DNA from: an archaeon
GTDB taxonomy: Archaea > Asgardarchaeota > Thorarchaeia > Thorarchaeales > Thorarchaeaceae
DNA: 32,000 nt
Direction: 5' to 3'
NCBI GenBank assembly: GCA_024275415.1
Contig: JAJRZD010000085.1
Location: 1,727 to 33,726 of the forward strand
Positions 1-6,825 of this stretch are shown here, piece after piece. Under the pieces are notes generated by a model, which was given only the letters and a program-made list of their open reading frames with translations, made no database searches and was not told the DNA's origin. Both the position numbers and the translations under genes were made by a program. Every line of letters begins with the position of its first letter. Position 1 is the stretch's first letter.

Positions 1-780
1 TCACTCCGAGAGTGCCTCCCTTAGTACATCGACCCCACGAGCAACAGCATCCTCTTGTTCTGTAAGCTGAAGGAAAAGCTGCTCAAGTGTCGCACCTTCT
101 TGTTCAGCCTGCATACGTAGTTCTTCAAGAGTGCCTTCTGCCACCAGTCGTCCATTGTCTAAGATCCCAATCCTATCACATAGTCCCTGTGCTACTTCCA
201 TGATATGGGTACTGAGTAACACTGCTCCACCATTCTCTTTCTGGATGCCAATTATGTCTTTCATGATTCGCACGCTTTTGACATCAAGGCCCGAAAACGG
301 TTCATCAAGAATCAGTAGTTTAGGTGAGTGTAACAATGCAGAAACCAGTAACACTTTCTGTTGGTTCCCTTGAGAAAGAGTCAGGATCATTTGATTGAGG
401 TACTCGGAAAGGCCAAGTGCCTTTGACATCTTACGAATTTTATTCCGAGTCTTAATGTCTGGAAGGTCGCGTATCGATGCAATGAACTCAAATAGTTCAC
501 GCGGTGTAAGTGATTCATATAAGATGTGTTCCTCGGGAACATAACCGACTTGCTTCTTGACTTCAATAGACTCCTCGCTACAATCTATCCCAAGGATTCT
601 TCCGGTTCCAGAATCGGGTTCTAGCAGCCCCATGAGAAGCTTGAGCGTTGTCGTTTTTCCAGCCCCGTTTGGGCCCAGAATTCCGTACACTTCGCCTTCA
701 TGAACCTCAAAGGATATGTCATTAACAGCAACAAGATTTCCAAAACGCTTGATGTAATTGATAACTTCTACTAGGGGCAT
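1..780 (-). CDS. ABC-2 type transporter ATP-binding protein
   Basis: Walker A GPNGAGKT, signature variant LSQGN, Walker B LLILDEP, H-loop STH. GAGGAG RBS upstream, and the TGA stop is at 1-3 so the ORF is complete. No permease partner in the window; it probably lies beyond the left edge. Confidence 0.93.
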   Translation of the reverse strand: MPLVEVINYIKRFGNLVAVNDISFEVHEGEVYGILGPNGAGKTTTLKLLMGLLEPDSGTGRILGIDCSEESIEVKKQVGYVPEEHILYESLTPRELFEFIASIRDLPDIKTRNKIRKMSKALGLSEYLNQMILTLSQGNQQKVLLVSALLHSPKLLILDEPFSGLDVKSVRIMKDIIGIQKENGGAVLLSTHIMEVAQGLCDRIGILDNGRLVAEGTLEELRMQAEQEGATLEQLFLQLTEQEDAVARGVDVLREALSE

Positions 781-889
781 CTACAGGTCTCCTCTTTCAT
801 GCCAATGGACTTCAATACAAGCATTTTCCTGAATGGATATAAGCTTCTCCCACAGACTTTGAGTAAAGGAACAGGAGTAGCATATACAG

Positions 890-943
890 AAATTCGAAAA
901 AGACGAAAGGAGAACTCTCGTGCTTTAAGCACTCGATTCTCCT
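890..943 (-). terminator. Hairpin plus T-rich tract downstream of the PRC-barrel gene
   Basis: Minus strand reads AGGAGAA-TC-GA-GTGCT-TAA-AGCAC-GA-GA-G-TTCTCCT (908-943), starting 6 nt after the stop and followed by TTCGTCTTTTCGAATT. Confidence 0.55.
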
Positions 944-949
944 AGGACA

Positions 950-1624
950 CTACAGGAGTCCCTGAGGTCTTGGATTGAATTTAAGGGAAACATATCTTGC
1001 ATCGTCAGATTCGTGCAATGATGACGCCTCGCGTCTATAACGCTCATATTCGTCCTTGCACTTGCCTTCGAGCTGGAACTTTGTGTATTTCAGTCTGATG
1101 CCATCCTTGTCCAGTTTCTCGATAAACTCCATTGGTATCAAGACATCTAGGTCGGGCAAGACCCCTATGCGTTCCAATAGTTCTGCAAATGGGTTACCAC
1201 CCGCCACAAGCCATGGTGACCCATCGATATCAAACCAGATGTCAGAAACCTTGCCGGTGTCCATGCCTTCCGAGTCGATTATCTTAAGCTTTGAGAGCTC
1301 TGAGAGTCGCATGTCTTTCTCTGTGATGGTTCCTTCATCAAGGGTCGTCTTGAGATTATCCGCATCCTCAATAATGACAGCATCCTGTGTGATCTGAGAA
1401 ATGCAATCTAGCTGGAACACTGGATCAATGTCTGGGCGGAGACCTATGGATTCCAAGAATTCTTCAATCCTGCCACCACCCAACACTATGGACTTCAGCT
1501 TGATTGTATCATCAGCATATGTGATGATGAAATCATTCACAGTGCCTGCTTCTTTGTTCTTTGCATCTATTACTTTCTTTCCCATCAAATGACTAAATCT
1601 TATTCCGCAGCATTGAAAAGGCAT
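950..1624 (-). CDS. Tandem PRC-barrel domain protein
   Basis: Two similar halves: IRFSHLMGKKVIDAKNKEAGTVNDF...GGGRIEEFLESIGLRPDID and MRLSELSKLKIIDSEGMDTGKVSDI...GGNPFAELLERIGVLPDLD, each with the PRC pattern L-x-G-x-x-V-x-D-x-x-G-x-x-x-G-x-V-x-D. Start moved from 1672 to the ATG at 1624, which has a GAGGTG RBS just upstream. Confidence 0.8.
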   Translation of the reverse strand: MPFQCCGIRFSHLMGKKVIDAKNKEAGTVNDFIITYADDTIKLKSIVLGGGRIEEFLESIGLRPDIDPVFQLDCISQITQDAVIIEDADNLKTTLDEGTITEKDMRLSELSKLKIIDSEGMDTGKVSDIWFDIDGSPWLVAGGNPFAELLERIGVLPDLDVLIPMEFIEKLDKDGIRLKYTKFQLEGKCKDEYERYRREASSLHESDDARYVSLKFNPRPQGLL

Positions 1625-1695
1625 GAATACCACCTCATTAACAATTGTGAACTCATATATAAGTTCATTCATCTAGCATTGGGACAATAGTCGTC

Positions 1696-2355
1696 CTAAG
1701 ATGGGTGGGGCTCATCCACAAGATCAAGTCTTACCTGCCTGGGTTGCCTATACAGCCCCCAGCCCTTCAAACCAGAAAGTTCGTGGGCGAATTCTTCCTT
1801 GACCTCAAAACCAAGATGCTCGTACATCTCGACGTTGCGCGAAGCGGCCGTGTCTACGTATATGCCTACTCCTTCAGTGTCGGCCAGATTGAGTACCGGC
1901 TTCAATAACTTGCTTGCAATCCCCTTCCTCTGCATCGAGGGGGACACGGCGAGCATCAGCAGATGATAACATGGGTGCTTGGCGTGTTTCCTCTCAAGTT
2001 GCCAGAACTTGAACATCACCTTGGTAGCCCTCAACCCCATAACTAGGAATGTGCTCGTGATGAGTCTGTACATGCCAAGCAAGGCACGCACTCTACGCAA
2101 CAATGGCTGTTTCCTTGTAAGATGTGGTTTCCACATGACGACTCCTTTCAGAGGATGTCCCTCCCCCATCAACCGTCCCTGTGTCCATTCTATCTCTACA
2201 AGTGCTCTATATATTTTCAGGCGCATTCCTCTTTGATCGGGAAAGGATGATAGCAGGTATCTCCAAAGAGGGTCATCTTCGAATGCATCTGCCAATATGA
2301 CCGCAGCATGAGTCAGCTCCCTCTCAGAAATCTTTCTCATCCGGGTATCACCCAT
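1696..2355 (-). CDS. GNAT family N-acetyltransferase
   Basis: Acetyl-CoA motif A VSPSMQRKGIASKLL, C-terminal RNVEMYEHLGF, N-terminal AAVILADAFEDDP typical of this GNAT subgroup. Alternative start ATG 2340 has a GGTGA RBS. Confidence 0.88.
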   Translation of the reverse strand: MGDTRMRKISERELTHAAVILADAFEDDPLWRYLLSSFPDQRGMRLKIYRALVEIEWTQGRLMGEGHPLKGVVMWKPHLTRKQPLLRRVRALLGMYRLITSTFLVMGLRATKVMFKFWQLERKHAKHPCYHLLMLAVSPSMQRKGIASKLLKPVLNLADTEGVGIYVDTAASRNVEMYEHLGFEVKEEFAHELSGLKGWGLYRQPRQVRLDLVDEPHPS

Positions 2356-2504
2356 TCCGGTAAGTCAAATCGATTATTTCTCATTTGCACAATAGATACT
2401 ATCTTTTTCTATAAGATAGACTGCCCTAACACGGGAGAACGCTCCGGTATCATAGTCGTAGTCAGAGTCATGTGCCAGCAATAGTAGCATTATGAATCCA
2501 CGCT

Positions 2505-3203
2505 CTATGTTGGCAACAGGTGCGCAGTGTTGCAATGCTCACAGACTACTGCTTCCTCCCAGTATTCTGGAAGGGGCAATGGAGCTCCACAATTCTGACA
2601 TTTTAGCTCCTTGAGGTCTGCTCGTTCTTCGGGTGTGATATCAAGCCTGAATACGTTCTCAGCAACATCACTGATTCCCTTTCCAATCTTGGCTGCTGCA
2701 CGAGCTATTGCATTGGTTTCTGTATCTGTCAGGTTTCCAAGACCAACAGATTTGAAGAATGTGTCTATCGCTGCGCCCACTTTACTGAGGAACGCCCCAA
2801 TGGTTCGGCCTCGTTTCCAATCTCGAATCGCAGCAATATGTACTTCGATCAACTCTTCGTCGGGATGTCCAGGTATCTGATATCCCTTCTTCCATGGCGT
2901 CTTCTTGTCATGCGTTGGAGAGAGGATTTGACCACAGCTGGGACATTCAAGACGGTATTCTTTAGAGAAGAACCCTTTCTTGTGCTCTTTCTCACCATGC
3001 TTGTACCAGCAACGCTTGTGAGCTAACTTACTACAATTCGGGCACGGGAACAGATAGAACCGTTCAGGTTTATGTTTGATTGTCCTGCCCGCGACATTAG
3101 GGACATATGCAAGATCCTCAGTCTTGTAAGACAATAGGTCTCGCCCGCAAATGAAGCATGGTCTGTCCTTGAACCTGTCCATTTTGTCTGCTGTGAGCTT
3201 CAT
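2505..3203 (-). CDS. Zinc-finger protein: N-terminal C4HC3 (PHD/C1-like) finger, central helices, C-terminal zinc ribbon
   Basis: C16-x2-C19-x34-C54-x2-C57-x4-H62-x2-C65-x21-C87-x2-C90, plus C-terminal CQNC-x15-CEHC. GAGG RBS upstream. Confidence 0.75.
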   Translation of the reverse strand: MKLTADKMDRFKDRPCFICGRDLLSYKTEDLAYVPNVAGRTIKHKPERFYLFPCPNCSKLAHKRCWYKHGEKEHKKGFFSKEYRLECPSCGQILSPTHDKKTPWKKGYQIPGHPDEELIEVHIAAIRDWKRGRTIGAFLSKVGAAIDTFFKSVGLGNLTDTETNAIARAAAKIGKGISDVAENVFRLDITPEERADLKELKCQNCGAPLPLPEYWEEAVVCEHCNTAHLLPT

Positions 3204-3236
3204 CGTGAATCCTCAAATAGAGGTGGACGCCGAGTG

Positions 3237-3252
3237 CTTTTAAGGTATTTTG
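3237..3252 (-). promoter_or_regulatory. Putative BRE/TATA promoter for the zinc-finger gene
   Basis: Minus strand CAAAATAC-CTTAAAAG ends about 34 nt upstream of ATG 3203, the usual archaeal spacing for a short leader. Confidence 0.45.
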
Positions 3253-3272
3253 ACGGGGATGCCTGAATCGAG

Positions 3273-3686
3273 CTATCTACTTTCCAAAACTGCACGAATC
3301 GAGTCGGCTGCCTTCTCCAGTGTCTTCCACACTTTCTTGTCGTCAATTCTTTTGAAAAAGAGGAATCTTCCGTTTCGGATTTCGGCCCCAATCCTAAACC
3401 ATCGGTTCCTAACCTTGAACTCGTGGACTGTGATGGACACACCTGACCCTTTGATTGTCGAGATTCGTGGATGATCATACCCCAGATTCTCATTTACCCT
3501 GCGCGATGTATCCGAAAGCAGAGATATCATTGCAGCCAATCTATCCCTCTGGACTAGATCTCTAGCTCTTCCCGCAACAACAAGACCTTGCTCATTGGTC
3601 ACGACGCAGTTCTTGAATGCGTAGCCAATCTCGCTCTCAAAGTCCTTGAGCACAAGGTCTAGCTTCTCAGATTTTCCCAAGCTCAT
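3273..3686 (-). CDS. Roadblock/LC7 domain protein (divergent)
   Basis: Helix, then NCVVTNEQGLVVA, helix DRLAAMISLLSDTSRRVNENLG, beta strands and a terminal helix, matching roadblock topology. ORF track start is GTG 3695; ATG 3686 follows an AGGTG RBS. Confidence 0.8.
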   Translation of the reverse strand: MSLGKSEKLDLVLKDFESEIGYAFKNCVVTNEQGLVVAGRARDLVQRDRLAAMISLLSDTSRRVNENLGYDHPRISTIKGSGVSITVHEFKVRNRWFRIGAEIRNGRFLFFKRIDDKKVWKTLEKAADSIRAVLESR

Positions 3687-3697
3687 GATTGTCACAC

Positions 3698-4159
3698 CTA
3701 TGTCATGGACTCCTCATGTAACCTGACTTCCCAAAGGCGAACGACCTCCCGGATTTCCTGTCTCAAGTTCTCAATCTCGAATGATATCAAACCGAGCTCC
3801 AAATCACGTGGGAAGATGCAAGCCAGCATTACATTCTCAGCGAGATGCTTCAAAAGGATCGAAAACGAAACCATGCCTGCATCTTCTGCTTCAATTATTA
3901 CCTGTCCAAAGCTCTTAGTGTTATTGACAAGTTTGATGAAGTCTTCTGAGATCGTGATAAGTCCAGCTGACATGCTACTGATTACAGTTTCAATGTTCTC
4001 AGGCATTGATTCATTGTTGTGTCTATGACCTAATACATATCCATCGACAGTGAAGACTGTAAGGGCCCAGACTGGTAATCTGCGGTTAAATTCCATCAGG
4101 AGCTTTCTAATCTCCAATACAGGGGGAATTATGCTCTTCTCTTGATACAACGTATTCAC
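3698..4159 (-). CDS. Roadblock/LC7 (MglB-like) domain protein
   Basis: ALTVFTVDGYVLG, SSMSAGLITISEDF, QVIIE and a C-terminal LGLISFEI helix. Starts 3 nt after the GTPase stop; alternative start TTG 4150 after AGGTGA. Confidence 0.82.
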   Translation of the reverse strand: MNTLYQEKSIIPPVLEIRKLLMEFNRRLPVWALTVFTVDGYVLGHRHNNESMPENIETVISSMSAGLITISEDFIKLVNNTKSFGQVIIEAEDAGMVSFSILLKHLAENVMLACIFPRDLELGLISFEIENLRQEIREVVRLWEVRLHEESMT

Positions 4160-4162
4160 CTA

Positions 4163-4831
4163 TCATATCTGCTGAAATGGGAGTGTGGACTCTTCGGGTG
4201 TCCTAGAAGTACGATTCATGAGGACACCCTCTATTTTTCTGAGAAGCAGAATCAATGCATCTTTGCATGACTCTTTATCCTTCGCTGACATCCCTATGGT
4301 TTCTCTCACTCCAAGCCATGTAGAGACTTGGAATGGATAAGCACTTTCAGGCAAGTCCTGCTTGTTGGCAATCACCACCATAGGCAGGTTACCAAACGCA
4401 GCTAACGTTTCTGCTAGAATGGCAGATGCATCACCTATCATTGCTGGATCCGAAGAATCCACAATTAGCAGTACACCATTGGAGTTAATGCGCATTGTGT
4501 CACGAACGAACTTGAAATGCAGCTGCCCTGGTACCCCACGGAGTTCTACCTCCTTTGCGAGCCACGCATAGTACTCGTCTCGTTCTCTCAGGAACTCGTT
4601 CTTCGGAATGATCAGACCTGCTGATTCCGCTGACTTCCTTGCCCATATGACTCTGCCAAGGTCAAATCCTGTGGTAGTCGTACTCTCTTCCCCACGATAT
4701 TGATCTCGCAGCTTCCGTTCGACCGATATCGTATCTGGGTCTAGAGTATGAATCATCGTTGTTTTTCCGGCCTGAAACGGGCCAGTCACATAGACTTTAT
4801 AGTCATATGATCGGAGGTTATGCACTGCCAT
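4163..4831 (-). CDS. Small GTPase, MglA/CvnD-like (prokaryotic Ras-like) family
   Basis: G1 GPFQAGKT, G2 region STTTTGFDLG, G3 GVPGQ (no Asp, as in the GTPGQ family), G4 NKQD, G5 MSAK. Flanked by roadblock genes. Confidence 0.9.
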   Translation of the reverse strand: MAVHNLRSYDYKVYVTGPFQAGKTTMIHTLDPDTISVERKLRDQYRGEESTTTTGFDLGRVIWARKSAESAGLIIPKNEFLRERDEYYAWLAKEVELRGVPGQLHFKFVRDTMRINSNGVLLIVDSSDPAMIGDASAILAETLAAFGNLPMVVIANKQDLPESAYPFQVSTWLGVRETIGMSAKDKESCKDALILLLRKIEGVLMNRTSRTPEESTLPFQQI

Positions 4832-4880
4832 CCTACATTCTTCCTATTCTACTGTTTTCAAAGTCAGCCGTCGTCTTGAC

Positions 4881-5243
4881 TTACAGGATATCCTCCACAC
4901 TCGCTACTGCCTTTTCCATCTCAAAGTCGATGAGACCGATTTTCGCTTCTTTGGGCGCAGTGGCAATCAAAGAGGAATTTGAGAGCTTGCGGACAATGAC
5001 TGTTTTGGACTCGCCCTCGATCGTGATAGTCTTTGGCTTACCGGATTTCAAGGCTGCACCCACTCTGGTTCCAATGGAAACCAGTGCAGCAGCCATGGCT
5101 GAGATAGCCTTGTCATCAACACCTTTATGGAGTGCAGCGACCATCATCTGGCCTCTGTCACTGACCAATGCGCAACCATCGACTTCACTGTCAGCTTCGA
5201 GTTGCTTGAGTATCGTTTCGAGTTTCTTGATTTTTGCACTCAT
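4881..5243 (-). CDS. Roadblock/LC7 (MglB-like) domain protein
   Basis: Canonical pattern GCALVSDRGQMM, DKAISAMAAALVSIGTRVGAAL, TITIEG, AKIGLIDFEM. Start moved to ATG 5243 (GGAGGT RBS at 5250-5255); the extension to 5324 overlaps another ORF. Confidence 0.9.
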   Translation of the reverse strand: MSAKIKKLETILKQLEADSEVDGCALVSDRGQMMVAALHKGVDDKAISAMAAALVSIGTRVGAALKSGKPKTITIEGESKTVIVRKLSNSSLIATAPKEAKIGLIDFEMEKAVASVEDIL

Positions 5244-5254
5244 CCTTATACCTC

Positions 5255-5377
5255 CTATTTCTCGTAATGTGGGCAAGTGTCTTTTTCTTCGGCTGGGACA
5301 TAGAGCTTCTTCTTTTCGCACCAAATCAGCCCTGCAGCGTTAGATTCACCTGCATGTTTACAATCACAACTTGCCAT
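5255..5377 (-). CDS. 40-aa Cys/His-rich microprotein, probable metal-binding; not in the ORF track
   Basis: Translated by hand: MASCDCKHAGESNAAGLIWCEKKKLYVPAEEKDTCPHYEK*. ATG is 7 nt after the V4R stop with GAGGGAG upstream, and its TAG overlaps the RBS of the next roadblock gene. Confidence 0.7.
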   Translation of the reverse strand: MASCDCKHAGESNAAGLIWCEKKKLYVPAEEKDTCPHYEK

Positions 5378-5384
5378 ATCTCCC

Positions 5385-5852
5385 TCACTCCAAAGACACA
5401 GTGAAGATTGATGCGTTCAGCTCTGGTCTGTAAAGAGCGGATTCGACGACACAGGTCTTACCGAGTTTCTCATTCAGTGATGCATATAGAATAGCCATCA
5501 TCGGACAGGGAGGGATTTTTGTGACATCATCACCGCGGATTATCTTCGTGGCTGATGAGTAGATACACTCCCCGATATCGATTTTTATCCTGTCTTCACT
5601 CACTTCCAAGATTTCGCAGCGTTGAACAGCACCAGATTTCTTGATTTCCTCTTTAAATGACTCCACGATAGACTGTACATCATTCCCTTTGATGTCTAAG
5701 CCGAGAGATCCCAATAGCCCTTTAGCCTCGTTCTGAAAGGCAGATGCTATTTGCGTCCAAATTAAAGGTATGTTAAGTCCCATATTTGTCATAGCTGATG
5801 CAACTGCAACCATGACGGCATTGCTAGCGTCCATGAGCTGTCTGTATTCCAC
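5385..5852 (-). CDS. V4R / MetOD1-like small ligand-binding domain protein
   Basis: Helical N-terminus, then EILEVSEDRIKIDIGECIY...PPCPM...terminal beta strands, the V4R-superfamily pattern with conserved Cys. GTG start 9 nt after an AGGAG RBS. Confidence 0.68.
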   Translation of the reverse strand: MEYRQLMDASNAVMVAVASAMTNMGLNIPLIWTQIASAFQNEAKGLLGSLGLDIKGNDVQSIVESFKEEIKKSGAVQRCEILEVSEDRIKIDIGECIYSSATKIIRGDDVTKIPPCPMMAILYASLNEKLGKTCVVESALYRPELNASIFTVSLE

Positions 5853-6098
5853 CGTAATTTTCTCCTGTTCTGCCCAAGCGGAATGGGCTAGTTATGCATA
5901 TGTCTGATTATTTCATATATATGATTAATTTGGATATATCTAAAATTATGGAATGATAGTAAATAAAATGCAGTAATAAACTGGTTTGTCTATTATCTCA
6001 CTGGAGTGATGTGCCTTTTCAGCCCTGTCAGTTTAGTCGCATCTGACATTTAGTGTAATCTGTGTACACGCTTCAGATGGTACACAGCCATTGTGAAT

Positions 6099-6623
6099 TC
6101 ATTCTAACTCGGATGTCTTAGACAAAGCCTCTGATGCAATTATCTGTCTGAGGTACTTTCGAATATGATCAAGATTCCTTTCTGTTTCTTTTTGAAGCCA
6201 CGCCAGCGAACTCCTTTCCTCAAATTCGCTGTCATCCATGGATAATCTCATCCCCTCTATCTCTCTCAAGAGGCCCTCTAGTTCTATTGACACTCTACGC
6301 ACTGCAAACATAACAATTCCAGAAATTCCATCGGTGAGTTCGTACAGAACAGGCCGGCGTCCAGGACCAGAATGACTTGTAATGACTCTACTCTCAATAA
6401 ACCCAAGGCTTTTGAGCTGGGAAACTGCAACACTTATGCTACCACGAGAGTATCCAGTGAGTTCGACAAGATCGTCGGTTGATAGCGGTTTGTGTGTCCA
6501 ATAGAATTCAACCAAGAGTGAAGAAAGGATGTCCCTTGCTGCATCAGAAAGCCCAATCCACTGCAGATGTTTCCTGATGATTCTGTGAAGGTTTCTATAG
6601 GCCATTGAGTCGTGTTGCACCAT
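6099..6623 (-). CDS. Winged-helix transcriptional regulator (GbsR/MarR-like)
   Basis: HTH LSTDDLVELTGYSRGSISVAVSQLKSLGFIE, wing PGRRPVLYEL, and a long C-terminal coiled helix. Confidence 0.85.
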   Translation of the reverse strand: MVQHDSMAYRNLHRIIRKHLQWIGLSDAARDILSSLLVEFYWTHKPLSTDDLVELTGYSRGSISVAVSQLKSLGFIESRVITSHSGPGRRPVLYELTDGISGIVMFAVRRVSIELEGLLREIEGMRLSMDDSEFEERSSLAWLQKETERNLDHIRKYLRQIIASEALSKTSELE

Positions 6624-6825
6624 ATCTTACCACAGCTATTGAATACCAGAAAATCACATTTATATCTTATTATTCTATTACATTAAAAAAATAAAAAATA
6701 ACAAGTAACAAACAGAACAATTCAAGCTGACACAGTTCAAACCGAATAGGGCTAAATACAGTTCGTACACAATCAAACCGACACTTTAACGATGCAAAAT
6801 GTTTACCACTGGTGAGAGAAGGCGC

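Noticed and set aside
908-943. K-turn or box C/D RNA suggested by the tandem GA/GA mismatch
   Set aside because: There is no 3-nt bulge next to the GA pairs and no C/D boxes. A terminator-like hairpin is the simpler explanation.
2399-2419. Inverted repeat CTATCTT-N7-AAGATAG upstream of the GNAT gene
   Set aside because: Short and AT-rich, overlaps a TATA-like sequence, and there is no adjacent regulator. Not distinguishable from chance.
2374-2490. 38-aa minus-strand ORF (MLLLLAHDSDYDYD...)
   Set aside because: No RBS, no motif, and it crosses the likely GNAT promoter.
4163-4831. Calling the GTPase Rab, Arf or Rag
   Set aside because: G3 is GVPGQ without the D-x-x-G Asp, and there is no prenylation or myristoylation signal and no fused roadblock. 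It fits the prokaryotic MglA/CvnD-like group.
5244-5324. N-terminal extension of the roadblock ORF (MVRKEEALCP...)
   Set aside because: ATG 5243 has a GGAGGT RBS and begins the domain. The extension overlaps the better-supported 40-aa ORF in another frame.
4759-5343. 194-aa plus-strand ORF
   Set aside because: Antisense shadow of the roadblock and GTPase genes with no motifs. The same applies to other nested ORFs such as 131..373, 1056..1397, 13906..14343 and 25688..26035.
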